Shown here piece after piece: positions 58,401-64,000 of a DNA stretch of 64,000 nucleotides (positions are counted from its first letter, which is position 1; each line of letters begins with the position of its first letter). The notes beneath the pieces were generated by a model. That model searched no databases, was not told where the DNA came from, and saw only the letters and a list, made by a program, of their open reading frames with translations. The stretch lies in the NCBI RefSeq assembly GCF_009914755.1, contig NC_060929.1, one strand, 5' to 3'. The position numbers and the translations under genes were made by a program. This DNA comes from the human T2T-CHM13v2.0 reference genome, Homo sapiens.

Positions 58401-59937
58401 CTACTACTTTCTTCCAGGATTTCTAAAAGGATTAATTAATATATAAACGTACCTAGCACAGTACAAAGTAGCAGGGGCTATATAACTGATAGCTTGTATT
58501 ACAATGCATAAAAAATAAACATACAGAATCACAGAAGTTCAGAAGGCAAAGTAATCTTACTATTTTATCAGTTCCAATTCCTGCATTTTGCAGGCAAGGG
58601 AATTTGTACATAGTTGTAAAGCTAGTCTGTGGTTTAATCAGGTCTCATAACTTGCAGGCCAGTACTCTTTTCAATTATACCACTTTGCCCATTTTTTATG
58701 GTAAGAATACTGGGTAAATACAATCTCTATTTCTAACAGAAATTTCCATTTCTATTTCTAATTTCACTCTAGTTTTCAACAAGTAGCATAGCATGTTCAA
58801 CAGGAAAAATACTATCATCATAAATGACAGAAAGCTGTTAACTGTAATGTTTTCAATTTAATCTATAAGATGGTTACAAAATAATTTTATAACATATTAA
58901 AGGATTAAGTTTTTTTCATAAAATTATTGGAAAATTCATTTTAGAAATGTTCCTTTCACTGGCCCTCAGGAAAATAAGTTATTAACCTATCTTTTTAAAT
59001 GATACTTCTTATTTTTTCAAAAAGACTATTTGGCTAAGTTTTTTTATTGAATACTTATGAATTAAATGATATGATATCTGAAAATAACTTCAGAATAAAT
59101 AGGACAAAAGTAGATAGGGGTACAGAGGTAACAAGATTGGGCATGTGTTGATAATTACTGAAACTAGCTAATGGTATGTGGGGATTCATTACACTATTTT
59201 GTCACTCTTATACATATTAAAAATTTTGCATAATAAAATAGTTTAAGAAGTCATGTTAAACAAGTAGGAAATAAAACTCTAAATTAAACTATCCAAATTT
59301 AAAAGTTTGATAAGCATTGTTTTAGCTATATACAATTGTGAGCATATAGTCATTTACTCAAAAAATATTTTTTGAGTGAATATATATAAGGTACTGTGCA
59401 TAAAAAGATTAAGCAGGAAAAAAAAACCCCTCTAGTCGCCATCCCAAATCCATAAAGTTGCTTTAACTAGCTGGGTACTAGCATATTAGATAACTAATAA
59501 TGTAATAGCGGCTATAATAGTGCTATGAGAAAAAGTGTTAGGGAAGGATGAAAATGATTAATTCACTGTCTTTATGAAACAGGTGAGTGTTAAGGATTTG
59601 CTAAAGAGAATGTTACATTTCAAGACTGGATTTTCAGACAGTGGATAGAAAGTGGAGTGTTCAGGCATTCAAGGCAGGAAGAAGTTGCATTGAGCAAAAA
59701 TAAAAAGCCAAGCGAGAACAAAAAGTGTGCTGAGAATTGCAAGTAGCTGTGCCAATTCTAGTGTGCCATAGGTGGGGGTAAGGGTAGGGCAGGAATAAGG
59801 CCAATAAGATCGCTAAGGTCATATGTTAAAGGGCCTCAAATGACAGATTAAGCAATCTGAACAGAGGTCAATGAAAGTTATAAGGCAGAGAAGAGAGACA
59901 GATTTATCTACATTTTAGAAATATTACTCTGTTGTAG

Positions 59938-60618
59938 ATGCTGGAAAGGATGTGGAGAAATACGAACACTTTTACACTGTTGGTGGGAGCATAAATTAGT
60001 GCAACCATTGTGGAAGACAGTGTGGCGATTCCTCAAGGATCTAGAACTAGAAATACTATTTGACCCAGCCATCCCATTACTGGGTATATACCCAAAGGAT
60101 TATAAATCATACTACTATAAAGACACATGCACATGTATATTTATTGTGGCACTATTCACAATAGCAAAGACTTGGAACCAACCCAAATGTCCACCAATAA
60201 CAGACTGGATAAAGAAAATGTGGCACATATATACCATGGAATACTATGCAGCCATAAAAAAGAATGAGTTCATGTCCTTTGTAGGGATATGGATGAAGCT
60301 GGAAACCATCATTCTCAGCAAAATATCTCAAGGACAGAAAACCAAACACCGCATGTTCTCACTCATAAGTAGGAGCTGAACAATCGGAACACATGGACAC
60401 AGGGAGGGGAACATCACACACTGGGGCCTTTTGTGGGGTGGGAGACTGTGGGAGGGATAGCATTAGGAGAAATACCTAATGTAAATGAGGAGTTGATGGA
60501 TGCAGCAAACCAACATGGCACATGTATACCTATGTAACAAACCTGCATGTTGTGCACATGTACCCTAGAACTTAAAGTATAATAATAATTTTTTTTTAAA
60601 GTTAAAAAAAAAAAAAGG
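59938..60618 (+). mobile_element. 5'-truncated L1PA (ORF2 end and 3' UTR)
   Basis: [14 protein letters not shown]...KHRMFSLI; perfect 18-bp TSD aatattactctgttgtag at 59920-59937 and 60619-60636. Confidence 0.95.
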
Positions 60619-61462
60619 AATATTACTCTGTTGTAGTGCAGATGACAGCCTGAAGAATAAAAGGTGAGGCACAAAGAATATTCACTAAAAAGGTGCAGGC
60701 TTGGACCAAAGCAGCAGCAGTAGAAACCCAAAAAAGTGGACTAAGACTTCAGAAGTACAATTAATAGGATTTAGAGACTGGGATATATAGAGGGGAGAAT
60801 GAAGAATGGAAAAAAAAAATGCTTTTTTTCTCTAGAGCATGGAGTCAGGGTAAATGCTGATGGTATTCATCAATATAAAGAACACAAAAAGAAAAACTGA
60901 AGACAATAAATTCAGTTCTGAATTTGTTGAATCTGAAGTGCTACTAACATCCTATCTGGCATGTAATTTTAGAATATGAGTTTGTACTCAGGAGAAAAGG
61001 TATGTTTGGGAGGCATTTGTGTGGAATGTACTAAGAAGTAGACGAGATTACCCAGAGGGAGATTATAGAGTAAACAGGACATAGGGATGCACCAGGTTAT
61101 CTCCAGTTAGGCTTTTAATATACAAACCTCCAGCCTACTTTTTTTATTGTACTTTGTATTCATTTCCTTACAGTTATTTAAAATATTTTTCATTTTTAAG
61201 AAAAGATAGTCCCAAAACCACTTCTCATTTCCTTTCCTTTACAAACCTAGTGCTCAATAATGACCAAATCCAGGCTGTAACTGTAATCCAAGAAGTCAAG
61301 GCAGGACTACTAGACCCAAATGATGAATGAAACAGAAACTTGGCCTACCTACATAACACCACCAGGACACCTCTTGCATATTACAGGCCTTAGATGGGCC
61401 AAAATATTACATTACTAAAAGTATTTCACAAAACTTGATAAGCAACATCCCAAGTTACTCAC

Positions 61463-61558
61463 CAGGCCTTTGATCCTGTTCCAGTACACAAATTGAGCCC
61501 TGAACTCTTCTGTTTTTCCCATGGACCATCATCAACTGAAATCTCATAGTAGGAAGCC
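61463..61558 (-). CDS. NADK2: NADK2 exon with NAD-kinase TGS motif
   Basis: cacag|G GCT TCC...GCC TG|gtgagt; ASYYEISVDDGPWEKQKSSGLNLCTGTGSKAW, similar to the NAD kinase TPTGSTAY motif. Confidence 0.95.
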
Positions 61559-62918
61559 CTGTGAATTGAGAATATAAAACTGTTTGCTGAGCTTATGGTT
61601 CAAGGTAAATAAGATAGTCTTCTTCAGAACTAAGGAAATCTTAAGTAAGTCAGCTTACCCAAGAAATACTTGACTTAGTAGGCACACACATCATGATGCT
61701 AATTCCAATACTGATTAAGTGAAAAAGTTAGAAGAAATTAAAAAAAAAAAAAACTACATGTCTGCATGCCTGTCTGATTTATATATTCCTTTCTGTCAAT
61801 ACTTTAATATTTCAAATAGGAGCTTCTTGCAAATTTTTAGCTAGCATTGTGCTTTTGCTCTTATGGAATCTAACATATACAGAGCCTCATTTCTGAATCC
61901 AAAAAAAGAAAATACTATTCTTAAGTGAGTTTCATTCTTGGTAGCTAGTCCTTGATATATTTTAAAGCTGATTCTAATTCTTAAAGTTATTAATAGTTTC
62001 TACTAAACTCTTGTTTCTTAAGTTACATGCTAATGTACCTTTTGAATTGGTAGTAAGCTAACAGAGATTAGATAATAAAGCTGTAAAGAAAATTCTCAAC
62101 CAATACTGGATTAGTGGACAAAACTAGAAATAAACCAGAACTATAAATTTCTTGGGATTTACATTTCTTAAAATATTTCATTAATATGAAATCAAATGGG
62201 TTTTCTGGCACCAGCAAAAATGGCACTATTCTTTAACTCCATGAACACATAAATGATTTGTAACTATTCAAAGAACTTTTGCAATGTCTAAAAGCCTATT
62301 TTGTAAACTCTATCTTAAAATAATGGTGTCACTGATCAACACTGAATTTTTTTCTCCAGCAAATAAAAAAGTTACGATAAAACCGTAATAAAATACAACT
62401 TTTCAAAATAATTACTGGACATGCTTGCAAACACTAACACTATGGATAATTTATCTCTTATTCTAACCTTTACAGTTTATCCTGTAAGCTCTTAATTTGT
62501 AAGGGTTTTGCATAATACAACTCCTTTTCACTTTTTTCTCTATAGTCAGAATTTCTTATTAAAAATAAAAGATAGCAGGCCTAATATTCACATTTAATCT
62601 ATTTCATAGCTTTGTTATGTCTTCCTAGAAAACACACATTAGGAGCCTATTATGTACAGACAAGCCAGCCAAATCCATAGAAGTGGCTGCTACTATGCCA
62701 GAATCAAGTAGAAACAAAAGAGATTAGAGGTAAGGGGGCATGGGTAGAAAAGAAGCAGAGGCAGAGAGAAAGACAAGTACAGTCAGGTGAGAGATGCTCA
62801 GCCCAAAATAATGAGCAAATTTAGTGTCATTCTCACATGCAAGATTTATCAAGATTAGTCAGTTCATAGAATTTTTGTTTCAGGGAAATTATTTTTTTAA
62901 GGCAGCAATAAAACTCAC

Positions 62919-62984
62919 AGTCCCTTTAGAGTGGGTATACTTCTTCTTAAATTGTCCACTGCTACAGCCCAAGAATAAGACATT
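62919..62984 (-). CDS. NADK2: NADK2 in-frame 66-nt cassette exon
   Basis: cctag|A ATG TCT...GGA CT|gtgagt; MSYSWAVAVDNLRRSIPTLKGL; phase 2-2, no stops. Confidence 0.75.
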
Positions 62985-64000
62985 CTAGGTTAGAACAAAT
63001 AGGAGAAAAGAAAACAAAATTGGGCCTTTAAAATGTTCTTAAATCTAAGAACATTATAAATGAGGCAGGAATAATATTGCTGCACTTCATATTTTCCAAG
63101 CAAGGCACTTAAGTTTTCAGAGCATAGTGAAGCCTCAATACAGGATCTAGAATCAGAAACACCGGGTTTATGTTACAGTTCTGATGCTAGCTAATTATAT
63201 GACCTTGTGCTAGTTATTTGAACTCTCCAAATCTCAATTTTGTCACTAATAAATACAACCACCTTTCTCACAGGCTTGCTATGAGCATTAAATGAGATAG
63301 CATACACAATATACGCAGTGCCTGACACACAGCAGGCATCCAATAAATGTCCATTTCCTTTCTGCCTAATGGTCTATGTCATAAAATCTTTAAAAGTGAG
63401 TTCTAATACCTGCAGTAGTTAAACTATTTTCAACAGCATCAGAAGCCAATCCATTGCTGTCCTTACTTAGTAAAAACATAAGGTGAGACATCAAAGAACA
63501 CAAAAAGCAGCAGCATCAGTTATTTATGAGATAAACCAACCAGATCATTACTGCCACAGAAAATAAAAGCATTCGATTGAAAATCCCCTCAAGAAATTTC
63601 ACTAACTCCCCCAAAATCTATCAACTGATCCAAGTTTTCCTCCATTTATAAGTTATTTAATTTTTTAGTAAGTACAAAATTATAAAGCAAAGCTAGCTCT
63701 CAGCAGTTACCTTTAAAATACACAAACAGAATAAAATAAGCCATTAAATGGCTTCCCTGAAGTAAGCATAAACTCACAAAACATTTTTATCATTGCATTT
63801 ATTTAAGGTAGACTTTCTCCAATCTCATTTAAAGTTCTTCCTCTCTTTTCTATCTTATGTCTTTAGAATAATAACTAGATTGTATCAGTAGAGTTAAATT
63901 TTCTTTCTTCTCTCAACTACCACATAGTATCTATAATTCATGTCCATATTGCTTCAAACTTTATATGTAGCAAAAGAGAAAACTTTATATATAGCATAAG

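Overview
Primate (most likely human, 5p13.2) genomic DNA. It contains the complete SKP2 gene on the + strand: 10 coding exons splice into a 1275-nt CDS (424 aa F-box/LRR protein), and an alternative last exon gives a 410-aa isoform. A CpG-island bidirectional promoter is shared with a divergent minus-strand gene (LMBRD2 non-coding first exon, with the MIR580 hairpin in its intron). The 3' exons and 3' UTR of NADK2 converge from the right on the minus strand. Between SKP2 and NADK2 lies a full-length, TSD-flanked, inactivated L1PA. The rest is intron carrying Alus, L1/L2 fragments, LTRs, DNA-transposon relics and a U6 retrocopy. Gene names rest on my recognition of the translated exons and were not database-searched. 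I see no new multi-gene system; this is a well-studied locus. The best leads are an in-frame stop-interrupted upstream ATG of SKP2, an open and extended L1 ORF0 pointing antisense at NADK2, a ~49-bp intronic hairpin, inverted Alus around exon 5, a templated insertion with a fold-back, and an alternative SKP2 last exon that removes miRNA seed sites.
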